DNA of 64,000 nt, taken from positions 40,789-104,788 of the forward strand of contig JAJRYV010000047.1 of assembly GCA_024275575.1 (NCBI GenBank). The letters run 5' to 3'. Below the pieces are notes generated by a model that made no database searches, was not told the origin of the DNA, and was given only the letters and a program-made list of their open reading frames with translations. Each line of letters begins with the position of its first letter. Positions within the stretch are counted from its first letter, which is position 1. A program made the position numbers and the translations under genes. Below, in pieces: positions 18,671-29,349 of the stretch. The DNA is from a bacterium (GTDB lineage: Bacteria > Zhuqueibacterota > Zhuqueibacteria > Zhuqueibacterales > Geothermadaptataceae).

Positions 18671-19762
18671 ATGCAAAACGAAAAAACTTATTCCATCTGT
18701 TACATCGCCGGCAGGGAAAAATCCTATTCCCGCACACAAATCGTTTTGTATGCACTACAGGCAGGAAAACACCGGGTATTCCCTCTTCTTCCGTCTGATA
18801 AATCATTCTTGCATTATCCCTGTTTATTGTTCAAATTTCTCTTTATTGTTGGCAAATGCGATCTTGTTGTCGTCGGGTTTTATGGCCATTTCCTCATTCT
18901 GTTCGTGCGTTTGATAACGCGTAAACCCATTCTGTTCGATGCATTGGTGAGCACGTTTTTCGTCATGCGTGATCGCGGAAAATCAACCGGCGGCGGTCTC
19001 AAAGACCGGATATTTTTTCTCATCGACAAGCTGGCGATGTCAGCAGCCGATAAAATCGTGCTCGAAAGCGATGATCATACCACTGCGAGGGCGCGCGTTT
19101 TTCGGCTGCCGCTCCGGCGCTTCGAGCGCATTTATTTGCCGACGGTCGATTCGGTTTTTTCTCCACAGAAGACTGCTGATCAAACTAAGCCGTTTTGCGT
19201 TCATTTTCACGGTGAATTTGCGCCGTTTCACGGTGTGAAATATATCCTCGATGCAGCGAAAATTCTCACGGGAAAAAACGTGCGCTTCCGCATTATCGGC
19301 AATGGCATAACTGCTGAAGAGAATAAAAAATACGCCGCCGAATTGAATTTGCAGCATGTTGAATTCATCGAGCGGGTTCCGTTTCAAGACTTGCCAAAAT
19401 TGATGAGTGAAGCCGGTGTTTGTCTCGGCATCTTTGGTGATACAAAGCGTACATTGCATGAATTGACCAACAAAGTTGTCGAAGCGATGGCCGTCGGCGC
19501 TGCTGTCATCACCGCAAAAAATGCACCGGTGCAGGAATTACTGCAGCATGAAGTGAGCGCAATTCTAATCCCGCCCGCAGATGCCGCAGCGCTGGCCACA
19601 GCGATATTGCGTCTCAAGAACGACCCTCGATTGCGTGAAAAAATAGGCCGCAATGCCCGAGAAGTCTATCTGCAAAAATGCAGTCTCGAGAACTTCTGCA
19701 AATCCTTCAACGCCGTGGTTGAAAACCTGATGCAGTCAAAATCGGAAAAAGGACAGCGATGA
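18671..19762 (+). CDS. Group-1 (GT-B) glycosyltransferase
   Basis: 363 aa with C-terminal motif ELTNKVVEAMAVGAAVITA. ATGA overlap with the downstream flippase gene. Confidence 0.7.
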   Translation: MQNEKTYSICYIAGREKSYSRTQIVLYALQAGKHRVFPLLPSDKSFLHYPCLLFKFLFIVGKCDLVVVGFYGHFLILFVRLITRKPILFDALVSTFFVMRDRGKSTGGGLKDRIFFLIDKLAMSAADKIVLESDDHTTARARVFRLPLRRFERIYLPTVDSVFSPQKTADQTKPFCVHFHGEFAPFHGVKYILDAAKILTGKNVRFRIIGNGITAEENKKYAAELNLQHVEFIERVPFQDLPKLMSEAGVCLGIFGDTKRTLHELTNKVVEAMAVGAAVITAKNAPVQELLQHEVSAILIPPADAAALATAILRLKNDPRLREKIGRNAREVYLQKCSLENFCKSFNAVVENLMQSKSEKGQR

Positions 19763-21183
19763 ATATCCGGGCGACGTTTTTAATGCTGGTTTCGCAGATC
19801 GCCAGCCTGGCCAGCGGTTATGGAATTCAGGTTTTTCTCGCGCGCAAACTCGGTGTGGAAGGATTCGGCACCTTTGTCGTCACTTTTTCGATGCTGATGA
19901 CCATCGAGTATTTCGTCGTCGCCGGCATTCCCAATGCCTTGCAAAAATTCATTCCTGAAGCGCCGGAGAATAGCTACGGCATCCATAAAAAGTTTTTCAA
20001 ATGGCAGCTTTTCTACTCTGTTCTTGTGCTCATTACGGCGTTTTTTGCTTCGCCGCTCATCGGCAATTCCCTCGGTGATAAAAATGTTTCGGCCCTTTTT
20101 CGCATCGCCCTGCTCGATGTGCTACCCTATGCCTTTTTCTGGTATTACGCGGGATTTCAAATCGGCCTCAAACGCTTTGAAAAATTCGCCATCGTCTCCA
20201 TCGTTTATTCGATGTTTAAACTGTTGTCGATTGCCACATTTGTCTATCTTGGTTTATCTGTGCGCGGCGCTTTTCTCGGCAATGCCTGCGGTTCATTCAT
20301 CGGCATGCTGGTGGGCTATAAAGTTTTATCCCTGCAACCGGCTAAGATTCAACCGGTCTCCCGCCATGCCCGCGAGTTTATCATCGCCAATATCGTTTAT
20401 GCAATCGGGCTTAACATGTTGTACTATATCGACATCTGGTTTGTCAAGCGCTACTGCAGCGAAGAGGTGGTCGGCTTTTACGGTGCGGCATCGACGCTTT
20501 CCCGCATTCCCTATGTTTTCAGCATTGCGCTGACGGGTATGATTTTACCGACCCTTTCGGCTGCGGTTGCCAAAAAAAATGAGGCGGAGATCCGTCAGTT
20601 GATCGAGCAATCGCTGCGTATTGCGTTAGTGCTTTTTGTGCCGGCGGCGGTGCTGGTGCAGACCTGGGGGCTGGAAATATCAACTTTTATTTTTGGTGGA
20701 AAATACAGCGGCGGTATTGATTATTTAAAAATATTATTTCCCGGTCTGTCATTGCTGGCGCTTTTTTCCATCACCAATACCATGCTGATGGCGGATCGGG
20801 GAATGAAAATTTGCGGCATGCTCGTCGTCGGGCTGGCGATTTGCGATGTAGGTTTAAACGTCGTGCTGGTGCCGCGTTTTACCGCTCAGGGCGCTGCCGC
20901 TGCAACAACGATTACCCTCGTCGCCGGTTTGATTGTGAGTGCAGGCCTGGTTTTTAAAAACTATCACAGTCTTGTTCAAATCCGCACAATGGTGCGAGTT
21001 ATTATGGCCGCCGCGGTTAGCGGTTTTTTATCCTGGCTCTGGGTGCCGCAGACGGCTTTAACTTTCATCGCGGGCGTGCTCGGATTTACAATCGTTTATT
21101 TTGCCCTGCTGCTGGTCATGGGCGAGGTCTCGCAGGCCGATATTCAAAAAGTCCGGCAGACGATCATCAAAAAATTTTCATAA
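19759..21183 (+). CDS. Wzx-like polysaccharide flippase (MOP superfamily)
   Basis: 474-aa polytopic protein (about 12-14 hydrophobic segments). The N-terminus is typical of polysaccharide biosynthesis/MOP exporters. Confidence 0.8.
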   Translation: MNIRATFLMLVSQIASLASGYGIQVFLARKLGVEGFGTFVVTFSMLMTIEYFVVAGIPNALQKFIPEAPENSYGIHKKFFKWQLFYSVLVLITAFFASPLIGNSLGDKNVSALFRIALLDVLPYAFFWYYAGFQIGLKRFEKFAIVSIVYSMFKLLSIATFVYLGLSVRGAFLGNACGSFIGMLVGYKVLSLQPAKIQPVSRHAREFIIANIVYAIGLNMLYYIDIWFVKRYCSEEVVGFYGAASTLSRIPYVFSIALTGMILPTLSAAVAKKNEAEIRQLIEQSLRIALVLFVPAAVLVQTWGLEISTFIFGGKYSGGIDYLKILFPGLSLLALFSITNTMLMADRGMKICGMLVVGLAICDVGLNVVLVPRFTAQGAAAATTITLVAGLIVSAGLVFKNYHSLVQIRTMVRVIMAAAVSGFLSWLWVPQTALTFIAGVLGFTIVYFALLLVMGEVSQADIQKVRQTIIKKFS

Positions 21184-21199
21184 TTCACGAGGACTATCG

Positions 21200-22339
21200 T
21201 TGCCTTCAGCAGAAATACTTTGTGTTTCATGGCACAGTACGCTGCCGCAGAACACCGGCGCCAACATCCGAATTCGTAGCCTTTTGCAGGAATACAAAAA
21301 GTTTCACCCTGTGTTGCTGGCGCCTGCACCTACCGATTCCGGCTTTGAACATGTGCAGTTTTCTTCTTTTAAACTGCCTTCTTTGCTGAACCGGCTTTTA
21401 CCTTTTAATGCTGATATTTTCGCTTGTCTTGGTTCGAAACCTTTTAATAGCGCATTGCAAAAGCTGCAGCAGAAAAAATTTATCGCCGTGCAGTGCGAAC
21501 ATTTGTGGACTTATCCGCTGGCGAAAAAACTTGCCCGTCATTTTCAGATCCCATTGTTGCTTGTCGAACACAATATTGAAGCGACTTATGTCGCGCGGGT
21601 ATACGGAAAACCTGCGATCACCGCGCTGGTGCGTCGTCTTGAGCAGAAAGCGATCGATGGTTCGGATCGCATCATCGTCTGTTCGCAAATTGATGCCGGG
21701 CTTTTACAGCAGGAATTCAAATGCAAAGCGGAGAAAATCTGGATTGTACCCAACGGTGTTTATAGCGCTGAAAATAACCGGGTATTTGGCCCTGATAGCT
21801 TGCCATCGCAATTACGCGAGCGGAATTTTGTCGTCTTTCTGGGCAAAACCAGTTACCAGCCCAATCGTGAGGCTATCGAAGTTATCAGGAATGAACTGGT
21901 CGGCCGATTGCGCGAAAAGGGCATCATCGTTGCCGTGGTTGGCGGCCCGGCGGCGGCCGATTATACACATATCGATGATGGTTTTGTTTTTACAGGATTT
22001 GTAACGGAAATCGAACCCTATGTATTACAGGCGAAAGCCTGCATTGCGCCGCTGGTTTCCGGCTCCGGCACCCGATTAAAAATTTTGGAATATGCCGGAC
22101 TCGGGCGCCCTATCGTCGCCACTTCCGTCGCCGCCGAAGGCATCGATTTGCAAAATGATACCGAGATTTTGCTGCGCGATGATTGGGCGGGTTTTTCTGA
22201 GGCAATCATCGAAATTCAGGCAGACGATCCTCGCTGGAAAAATCTCGGGCAGCGAGCAAAAAAAGTCGTGCAGCAGAAATATCGCTGGCAGGCAATCGCA
22301 GAAGAATTTGAATTACATTTATCGCAGTTGAAAACCTGA
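21200..22339 (+). CDS. GT4 glycosyltransferase
   Basis: The ORF track start at 21101 overlaps the flippase. An in-frame TTG at 21200 follows GAGGA (21189-21193). C-terminal motif GSGTRLKILEYAGLGRPIVAT. Confidence 0.75.
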   Translation: MPSAEILCVSWHSTLPQNTGANIRIRSLLQEYKKFHPVLLAPAPTDSGFEHVQFSSFKLPSLLNRLLPFNADIFACLGSKPFNSALQKLQQKKFIAVQCEHLWTYPLAKKLARHFQIPLLLVEHNIEATYVARVYGKPAITALVRRLEQKAIDGSDRIIVCSQIDAGLLQQEFKCKAEKIWIVPNGVYSAENNRVFGPDSLPSQLRERNFVVFLGKTSYQPNREAIEVIRNELVGRLREKGIIVAVVGGPAAADYTHIDDGFVFTGFVTEIEPYVLQAKACIAPLVSGSGTRLKILEYAGLGRPIVATSVAAEGIDLQNDTEILLRDDWAGFSEAIIEIQADDPRWKNLGQRAKKVVQQKYRWQAIAEEFELHLSQLKT

Positions 22340-22513
22340 ATGGGCCGATTGCCGGTCACGGGTTGTTCCATCTTAATACATAAAAAATGAAATAACACAT
22401 AATAACGCTGTCTTACCTCTATTTTTGTGCTCAATCAGAACAAACCGGCTGGCACGGCTTTTGATGAAAGTCAGCGTAATTATCAACTTTGTCTGAAAAA
22501 GATTAGAAACCTC

Positions 22514-24193
22514 ATGGAACGATTGCAAAAAACATGTTTCCCACGTAATTTTGTTATCCTGTTCGTTCTCGGCAGTCTGGCGCTCGGCAGCCTGCTGCGC
22601 CTGATGAATCTCGATGTTCCGAGTATCTGGATCGACGAGCTCAACCATTATTACGCTGCATCCAGCTACAACGAAACCGGGCAAATGACTTTCCCCTCGC
22701 AGCAGCCGAATGAGCGGGCAAAACTCTATTCCATGCTGGTTGCTTATTCTTTTCGTATTTTCGGCCAGAGCGAATTCGCTTTACGATTTCCCAGCGCCAT
22801 TCTCGGCGTCCTCTGTATCGGCATTGCGTTCTCGGTGGCGTTGCGGTTTTTGGGAAAACATACGGCGATGATCAGCGCGCTTTTTGTGGCAATCTCACCT
22901 TTTGCCATTGGCTGGTCACGACTGTCGCGCATGTACACTTTGTATCAGGCGCTTTTTATGCTCGCAGCGTACTGGTTTTATCTCGGTTTTGAAAATCAGG
23001 GCAAGGGGCGAATGACAGCGCTGCAGGATGATTTATTACACAAATTGAAACAGGGGGATTTATCCACCACGTTACAGTCGTTGGGTATTAATTTTTTCTG
23101 GCTATCGGCTTCGGCTGTTTCGTTATTTCTCGCTTACGGCATTCACGAAACCGCTGCGTTGTTTGTCGTGGCGGTCATTTTTTACACCGGTTTTATGACC
23201 TTTGCAGTGCCCTTCGTCGATGGTGAACTAACACCGCGGTTTTTCAAATATCTGATCGTTGCGCTGGGGCTTTCGCTTTTTCTTTTTATCGGTTACAATT
23301 TTGTACCGTTTATCGCAGCGAAAATTGAATTTGGCCTGGCGTTTATTCCCAAATGGGCGGAAGGCACGCATTTTCAGAATCGCAAATTGTATCTCGAATT
23401 TCTCTTCGATCAATACCATTTTCCCATGGGTATTCTTTTTATCTTCGGCTCCATTCAGATATTTGTCCGTAAAAACAAACCCGGGCTTTATCTGTTGATG
23501 ATCTTCACCGTTTATTTTTTCCTGTTTTCAGCCGTATTCTCCTATCGCCATTTTCAGTATTTATTTTGTGTTTATTCCATTTTCACGATTATCTCAGCCT
23601 ATGCTTATAGCCATTTCATTGAATTTGAATTGGAAAATATCAGAAGATACTGGCACATCGGTTCTGCATTTTTGAAAAAATGGCTCGTTCCCGGTGTACT
23701 GCTCGCTTCATTTTTCTGGCTGCCGCTGACTCAATCCGTTCGTTTTGCCCTGCGTATTCCCCGCAGTCCCGATGGCAGCTATAACGGCGCTCAATATATG
23801 GAAGAATGGCGCGAAGCCGGCGCTTTCGTCAAGCGTGAAATGAAATCGGACGATATGATCATCTCTTCCGATGCGCTTGGCACGCTACATTATGCCGGTA
23901 AAGTCGATTATGACCTCAACTTTGCCGATTATGATCTCTCAAAAGAAGAAGGATTTCGCAATGCGGACGGGGTTTATTTTGATTTGTATTCAGGCGCGCC
24001 GTACATCATCGAGGTCCGGCAGTTGGAAGAATTGCGCAGCCGCAACAAGAGCATCTGGCTTCTTTTTCAATCCTATAAATTCAACCGTGCCAAAGCATTT
24101 ATTACACCGGAGCTGAAAAGCTATATCCTGAAAAATTATAAAAAAGTCCTCGATACCGCCAACAAAACCGTGGTCGTTTATAAATCGCAATAA
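22514..24193 (+). CDS. GT-C fold glycosyltransferase (ArnT/PMT_2-like)
   Basis: ORF track starts at GTG 22427 and the first ATG is at 22514. Loop-1 acidic motif WIDELNHYY, GQSEFALRFPSAILG segment, about 11-13 TM helices, then a soluble C-terminal domain. Confidence 0.75.
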   Translation: MERLQKTCFPRNFVILFVLGSLALGSLLRLMNLDVPSIWIDELNHYYAASSYNETGQMTFPSQQPNERAKLYSMLVAYSFRIFGQSEFALRFPSAILGVLCIGIAFSVALRFLGKHTAMISALFVAISPFAIGWSRLSRMYTLYQALFMLAAYWFYLGFENQGKGRMTALQDDLLHKLKQGDLSTTLQSLGINFFWLSASAVSLFLAYGIHETAALFVVAVIFYTGFMTFAVPFVDGELTPRFFKYLIVALGLSLFLFIGYNFVPFIAAKIEFGLAFIPKWAEGTHFQNRKLYLEFLFDQYHFPMGILFIFGSIQIFVRKNKPGLYLLMIFTVYFFLFSAVFSYRHFQYLFCVYSIFTIISAYAYSHFIEFELENIRRYWHIGSAFLKKWLVPGVLLASFFWLPLTQSVRFALRIPRSPDGSYNGAQYMEEWREAGAFVKREMKSDDMIISSDALGTLHYAGKVDYDLNFADYDLSKEEGFRNADGVYFDLYSGAPYIIEVRQLEELRSRNKSIWLLFQSYKFNRAKAFITPELKSYILKNYKKVLDTANKTVVVYKSQ

Positions 24194-24214
24194 TTTTTTG
24201 AGAATTTTCACCCC

Positions 24215-25888
24215 ATGAATCGCAGTAAATTTTATTATATCGCTGTCATCCTTTTGGCAGGATTTTTCTTCCGTCTGTTTTTACTGAAATACCGTTTTGT
24301 CGTCGGTTTTGATGAAGTCCATTATCTTCGCCTGGGACTTGCTGCGGCACAAAACGGTTTCGCAGATTTGCTGCATCCCTATTGGCCGCCGGCTTATCCG
24401 GCGCTTATCGCCCTGTTTTCGCAAATAATAAGTGATGGTTAATTGGCCGCACGGCTGGTCAATATTATCGCCAGCATCATTTCTGTCTGGCTGGTCTATC
24501 GCCTCGCTAAAGAGGCTTTCTCTGAAAAACCAGCACTGCTCGCAGCGCTTGCGCTGGCTTTTTTCCCGCCGTTGGCATTTGACGCCACCAGTGTTTTGGC
24601 GGAAACCATTTACACCATGTTTGGTCTGGCAGCCATTTTCAGTGGTTGGGCTGCCTTGAAAAAACGGAAATTATGGCCGGCCGGACTGACAGGTTTTTTT
24701 TCGGCTCTGGCTTATCTAGCAAAACCCGAGGGCATATATTATGTTATGGTTTTCGCCGGCATCACCGCCGTGATTTTTCTGCTCAATATTAAAAAGCCTG
24801 AGAAAAAACTGCTCGCGATGACCGCTGTGAGTCTGACCGGATTCCTGATCTGTTCTTTGCCTTATTTACTTTATGTAAAAAGCGAGATGGGCATGTGGAG
24901 TTTGAGTATGAAATTTCAGGTGAACCAGCAATTTGCAGCGCTCGCCTGGGCAAAAGACAAATCGCCGGAAGCGCGGTTTTCATTGACTGAAGACAACCGT
25001 TACCTGCCGACCGATGTCGCCTATCACGAAGGCAATTTTCAAGTACTGGTCGATCAAAATACCAGTAGCGGGCGAGAGAAAAAAGTCGATATCGGTATCG
25101 GTTTGCTGGTCAAAAAATATGTTGAGAATTTTTTTAAAATCAACCGTGAGGGCATTCCGGTCGTATTGACTCTGGCGCCGTTTTTACTCGTCGTGCTGGG
25201 TTTATTCGGCAGAGCATGGAATGCTGAAGAAGCCAGATTTAATCTCTATCTCCTGGCTTTTATCCTTTTTTGGTGGCTTGGCGCCATGCCGTTGTTTCAC
25301 GTCAATTTACGCTATTTCACACCGCAATTGCCTTTGCTGTTTGTTTGGCTGGCCAATGGTTTTTTCATCCTGATAAGAATGACCAGCAAAACTTTGGCGA
25401 ATAATCAGCAACGCCTGCCCTCAGGTTTACAGCCATTCTTTAATCTCATCGCAACCAGCGTTGTCGCACTTTTTCTGCTGGGGTTTTCGTATGTGCCGGA
25501 GTTGGGGAAAATTATTAAAAAAAATACGGCTGATAGTGATTATTGGGCGGATGCGGTGGAGCTCAAAAGCGCCGGTTTATGGCTTAAAACCAACAATAAC
25601 AAACCGTTTCGCATCATGAGTGAAAACAAAGCGGTGGATTATTACGCCGGTATTCTCGATACCCGTAACACGGTTTCTTTTCCGATAAACAAAGATTTCG
25701 ACCGCATTCTAACCTATGCTAAATACAAAAGAGTTGATTACCTCGTCGTGACCGACCGCTATAAAAGTAAATTCACCAATCTACAATTCCTGACGGACAA
25801 ACAGAACCCGTACGCTGAACTGGAACTGGTTTATGAAAAAAAGAACGCTGCAGGTATCACTACCGTCATTTATCGGTTAATCCGTTGA
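24215..25888 (+). pseudogene. GT-C fold glycosyltransferase (ArnT/PMT_2-like) interrupted by an in-frame TAA at 24440-24442
   Basis: The 75-aa and 481-aa ORFs are in the same frame and contiguous: ...ALIALFSQIISDG*LAARLVNIIASI.... The first piece carries the loop-1 motif GFDEVHYL. The second begins inside the conserved xLAARL segment. Confidence 0.7.
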
Positions 25889-25941
25889 TGCTGCAGTGGC
25901 AATCGATCATATCACCAGAAATTAAACCGTCAATTTAAAAT

Positions 25942-27324
25942 ATGCCGACACTGTTATTTCCATTCGGGCAACTTGCCTACATCGTTTTAAGCTTTACCGT
26001 CATCGGTATAGCATTTTTTAATGCCGGGACAAAGCATCATGTACTACTGGCAGCCGGCATTATTACGGCGATGTGGCAGGGCGGCTTGTGGATTAAAGCG
26101 TTGAATTTCGATATCGGCATTATTCACATCACGTTTTTCGCGCTGTTTGTTTATCGCTTTATCAATCCCGGCAAGAAAATTAACTTTCGCAAGAAATATA
26201 AAGCGATTTTTATCCCCTGGCTGCTCATGGCCCTGTGGGGATTTTTATCGATCACCAAAGCTATCAACAAAACTTATGCTCTCGAAGGGCCGGTCATTTT
26301 GTTGATGGATTTATTTTTTCTCCAGGTGATGGTTGAAAATATCCGTACGCCGGGAGATTTTCGCTTTCTCATCAAATGCCTTTGCTGGACGATCATCATT
26401 CAATCGTGCATTTCGCTCCTGCAATTCAAAATCCCGTTTTTTAAAGTTGGCGTTATCGATGATATCGCCTCATACATGTGGTGGCGCGCCAAAGGCACGC
26501 TTTTTCATCCCAACCAGATGGGCATCGTGCTGGCATTTACGCTGCCGGTCATTTTGCGGGCGCTCATTGGCAGTATTACCCTGAAAGATAAACCGTTGAT
26601 ACGGCTGACAACCGTAACTCTGGCTTTGGGATTTACAGCCCTGGTCACAACTTATAATCGTGGCTCCTGGGTTGGCATTGCATTTGGCCTGTTTGTGATG
26701 ATTTCGATCGATTTGTTTTCCCGCGGCAGTCGCTATAAAAAAGCAGCCATCGGCTTGCTTTCCGTCGGTATCATCGTCGTATTGATTGGTTCCATCAAAT
26801 TCGGCTCGCTGATTCTCGATCGCTTTGTCAACAGTGACGCTGATGGGCAGATCGATAACCGCACTGAGCAAATGGAAGAGGCGAGGGAGCTGATCAAACT
26901 CAATCCGATTCTGGGAGTCGGGTATAAAAACGATAACTTTTACGCACGGGAGATTTTTGTCCACAACAATTATTTGTTGATCGCTGCAGAAATCGGTATC
27001 CCGGGATTGTTGTTTTTTCTGTGGTTTCTGGGGAATTATCTGACGCTGATTTGGGGTGGTGTGAGATCGAAGATTTCTTTTGTCTCAAATTACTCAAAAG
27101 GCTTCGTTGCGAGTATAATAGCATTTTGTATAGCATCGATTCCCGGGCCTGATTTTTGGATCACTGCAGATGTTCAACGGCAGTTCCTCATCGTGCTCGC
27201 CGTGCTCATTTCCGCTCGCAGACTCGAATCTAAAATAATTGAAATACAAAAGAATAAAAAGTTAGGTAGTGCCAAAAAGAAGCAAATAAACCAGGCGAAG
27301 CTGTCGATGATAAATAAGTATTAA
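25942..27324 (+). CDS. O-antigen ligase/polymerase-like membrane protein (Wzy_C domain)
   Basis: 460-aa polytopic protein with NRGSWVGIAFGLFVM and HNNYLLIAAEIGIPGL motifs. Confidence 0.75.
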   Translation: MPTLLFPFGQLAYIVLSFTVIGIAFFNAGTKHHVLLAAGIITAMWQGGLWIKALNFDIGIIHITFFALFVYRFINPGKKINFRKKYKAIFIPWLLMALWGFLSITKAINKTYALEGPVILLMDLFFLQVMVENIRTPGDFRFLIKCLCWTIIIQSCISLLQFKIPFFKVGVIDDIASYMWWRAKGTLFHPNQMGIVLAFTLPVILRALIGSITLKDKPLIRLTTVTLALGFTALVTTYNRGSWVGIAFGLFVMISIDLFSRGSRYKKAAIGLLSVGIIVVLIGSIKFGSLILDRFVNSDADGQIDNRTEQMEEARELIKLNPILGVGYKNDNFYAREIFVHNNYLLIAAEIGIPGLLFFLWFLGNYLTLIWGGVRSKISFVSNYSKGFVASIIAFCIASIPGPDFWITADVQRQFLIVLAVLISARRLESKIIEIQKNKKLGSAKKKQINQAKLSMINKY

Positions 27325-27405
27325 ACTTGCATTAATGCTTTTGTCTTAGATTGGCGGAAGCTATACGAAAATACAAGCAGGACTTTAAAATAAAAGGAGA
27401 TTACA

Positions 27406-29208
27406 ATGGCGATTCTATCCTACAGCAACGAACATGAAGCGGGCGCTGCGATCGTTGAAAATGGCGAAATTATTACCGCAATTAACGAAGAGCGGCTTTC
27501 ACGAGTGAAAAATCAGGATGGCTTCCCACAACGGTCGATCGATTACGTGTTAAAAAAATCGGGTAAATATTATAATGATATCGACCATATCGTCATCCCT
27601 GAAATTAGCAAATTCCGCGATCTTTTCACTAATGTACTGACCAGGTTTCCAGCTAATTTATTCGCCAAACCAAAGGGCGTCAAAGCCGACTTCCTCGATT
27701 ATGTGCGCCAGTTTCTCTATGCCGGATATATTCTCGTCAATGCCTACCAGCGCACGCTGCGAGAGCATACAAACGACGAAAACCGCTTGAAAAAAATGTT
27801 CCCTAACGCAAAGTTTCATCGCATCGGCCACCACGAAGCCCACGCTGCGAGCGCATTTTATACCAGTGGCTTCGGCAAGGCGATTATCGTTACCGCAGAC
27901 TACTGGGGCGACTTTATCACTTCGATGATTTCCGTGGGCAACGGTAAAGAATTGACGCCGATTTTTAAAACCTATTACCCGCATTCGCTGGGGCATTTTT
28001 ATGCCAGCCTCACCAAATGGCTGGGATTTCGCGCCAATCGTCACGAAGGCAAAATTCTCGGGCTCGCTGCGTTCGGTAATGCCAATTCTCCAATTTACGA
28101 TGAAATTAAAGATTTGCTCATCGTCGACGGTATGTCCATCAAAGCGCCGTTGATGATCGGTAAAATGTGGCATCCCAAGTTTAAATTTCTCGAAAATTGT
28201 CTGATGAAACGATTGCTGGACAATCACAGCCGTGAAGATATTGCCGCCGTTTTTCAACGGCGTTTCGAAGAGGTTTTTGTCGAGCTGGTGACAAAGGCGG
28301 TTGCAAAGCTGGGTATCCACAAAGTTGTTTTGGCGGGCGGTGCTTTTGCAAACGTAAAATTAAACCAGCGTATTTATGAAATCGATGGGGTGGAAACAGT
28401 TTATATTTACCCCAATATGAGTGATGGCGGTATTTCTCAGGGGGCGGCGCTTTATTATGATATTTTCAGGAACGGCAGCCAGGGTGCGAAATTGCCTAAT
28501 GCCTATTACGGCCCCTCATACAGCGATGAGGAAATCGAAGCAACACTGAAAAAGAATAACGTCAAATACAAAAAACATGGGAATATTGAGGCCGAAATCG
28601 CCAAGGTTATCGCTGACAACAAAGTTGTAGCGCGTTTTCATGGTGGCATGGAATTGGGCCCGCGAGCACTCGGTAACCGTTCAATTCTTTACCAAACCGT
28701 AGACCCGGCGGTGAACGACTGGCTCAATAAACGCCTGAAACGCACCGAGTTCATGCCTTTTGCCCCGGTGACTTTGGAAGAATATGCCGACCAATGTTAT
28801 CTCAACTTTAAAAATGCCTCCTTTGCCGCGAAATTCATGACGATCACTTTCGATTGTACTGATTATATGAAAGAAAACAGCCCCGCAACCGTGCATGTCG
28901 ATGGCACTGCACGGCCGCAGGTGATCAATGAGAAAGATAATCCAAGTTATTATAAGATCCTCAAGGAATACCATAAATTGACCGGTATTCCAAGCTTGGT
29001 GAACACCAGTTTCAATATGCATGAGGAACCCATCGTCTGCACTCCGGATGACGCCATCAGGTCATTTTTATCCGGCACCTTGGATTATCTCGCCATCGGC
29101 AATTTTTTGGTGAAATACAGCGATCAGAACGAAGAAAATCAAAAACTGGCCGATGCTTACAAAATCGATGAACCGAACGAGGAAAATAAGGAATTGTTAC
29201 GGGCATGA
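27406..29208 (+). CDS. Carbamoyltransferase (NodU/CmcH family)
   Basis: 600 aa with N-terminal AINEERLSRVKN, metal-binding HHEAHAASAFY and C-terminal NTSFNMHEEPIVCTPDDA. Confidence 0.9.
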   Translation: MAILSYSNEHEAGAAIVENGEIITAINEERLSRVKNQDGFPQRSIDYVLKKSGKYYNDIDHIVIPEISKFRDLFTNVLTRFPANLFAKPKGVKADFLDYVRQFLYAGYILVNAYQRTLREHTNDENRLKKMFPNAKFHRIGHHEAHAASAFYTSGFGKAIIVTADYWGDFITSMISVGNGKELTPIFKTYYPHSLGHFYASLTKWLGFRANRHEGKILGLAAFGNANSPIYDEIKDLLIVDGMSIKAPLMIGKMWHPKFKFLENCLMKRLLDNHSREDIAAVFQRRFEEVFVELVTKAVAKLGIHKVVLAGGAFANVKLNQRIYEIDGVETVYIYPNMSDGGISQGAALYYDIFRNGSQGAKLPNAYYGPSYSDEEIEATLKKNNVKYKKHGNIEAEIAKVIADNKVVARFHGGMELGPRALGNRSILYQTVDPAVNDWLNKRLKRTEFMPFAPVTLEEYADQCYLNFKNASFAAKFMTITFDCTDYMKENSPATVHVDGTARPQVINEKDNPSYYKILKEYHKLTGIPSLVNTSFNMHEEPIVCTPDDAIRSFLSGTLDYLAIGNFLVKYSDQNEENQKLADAYKIDEPNEENKELLRA

Positions 29209-29349
29209 TCGCCGTGTTTATCGAAAGAATTTGAGTTTAGCATTGCTTTATAATGGGTTGACTTTGCCGGCAAATGTGCATTTTTTCCGCCCTTTGCTCG
29301 AGAAGAGGAAGCCCATTTTTTTTAAAATTTACAGCGGAGCTGTGATTTT

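Noticed and set aside
21431-21441. tRNA T-arm-like motif ggttcgaaacc
   Set aside because: It is inside a GT4 coding sequence. No acceptor or anticodon stems can be drawn around it. I saw no tRNA, rRNA or tmRNA anywhere in the window.
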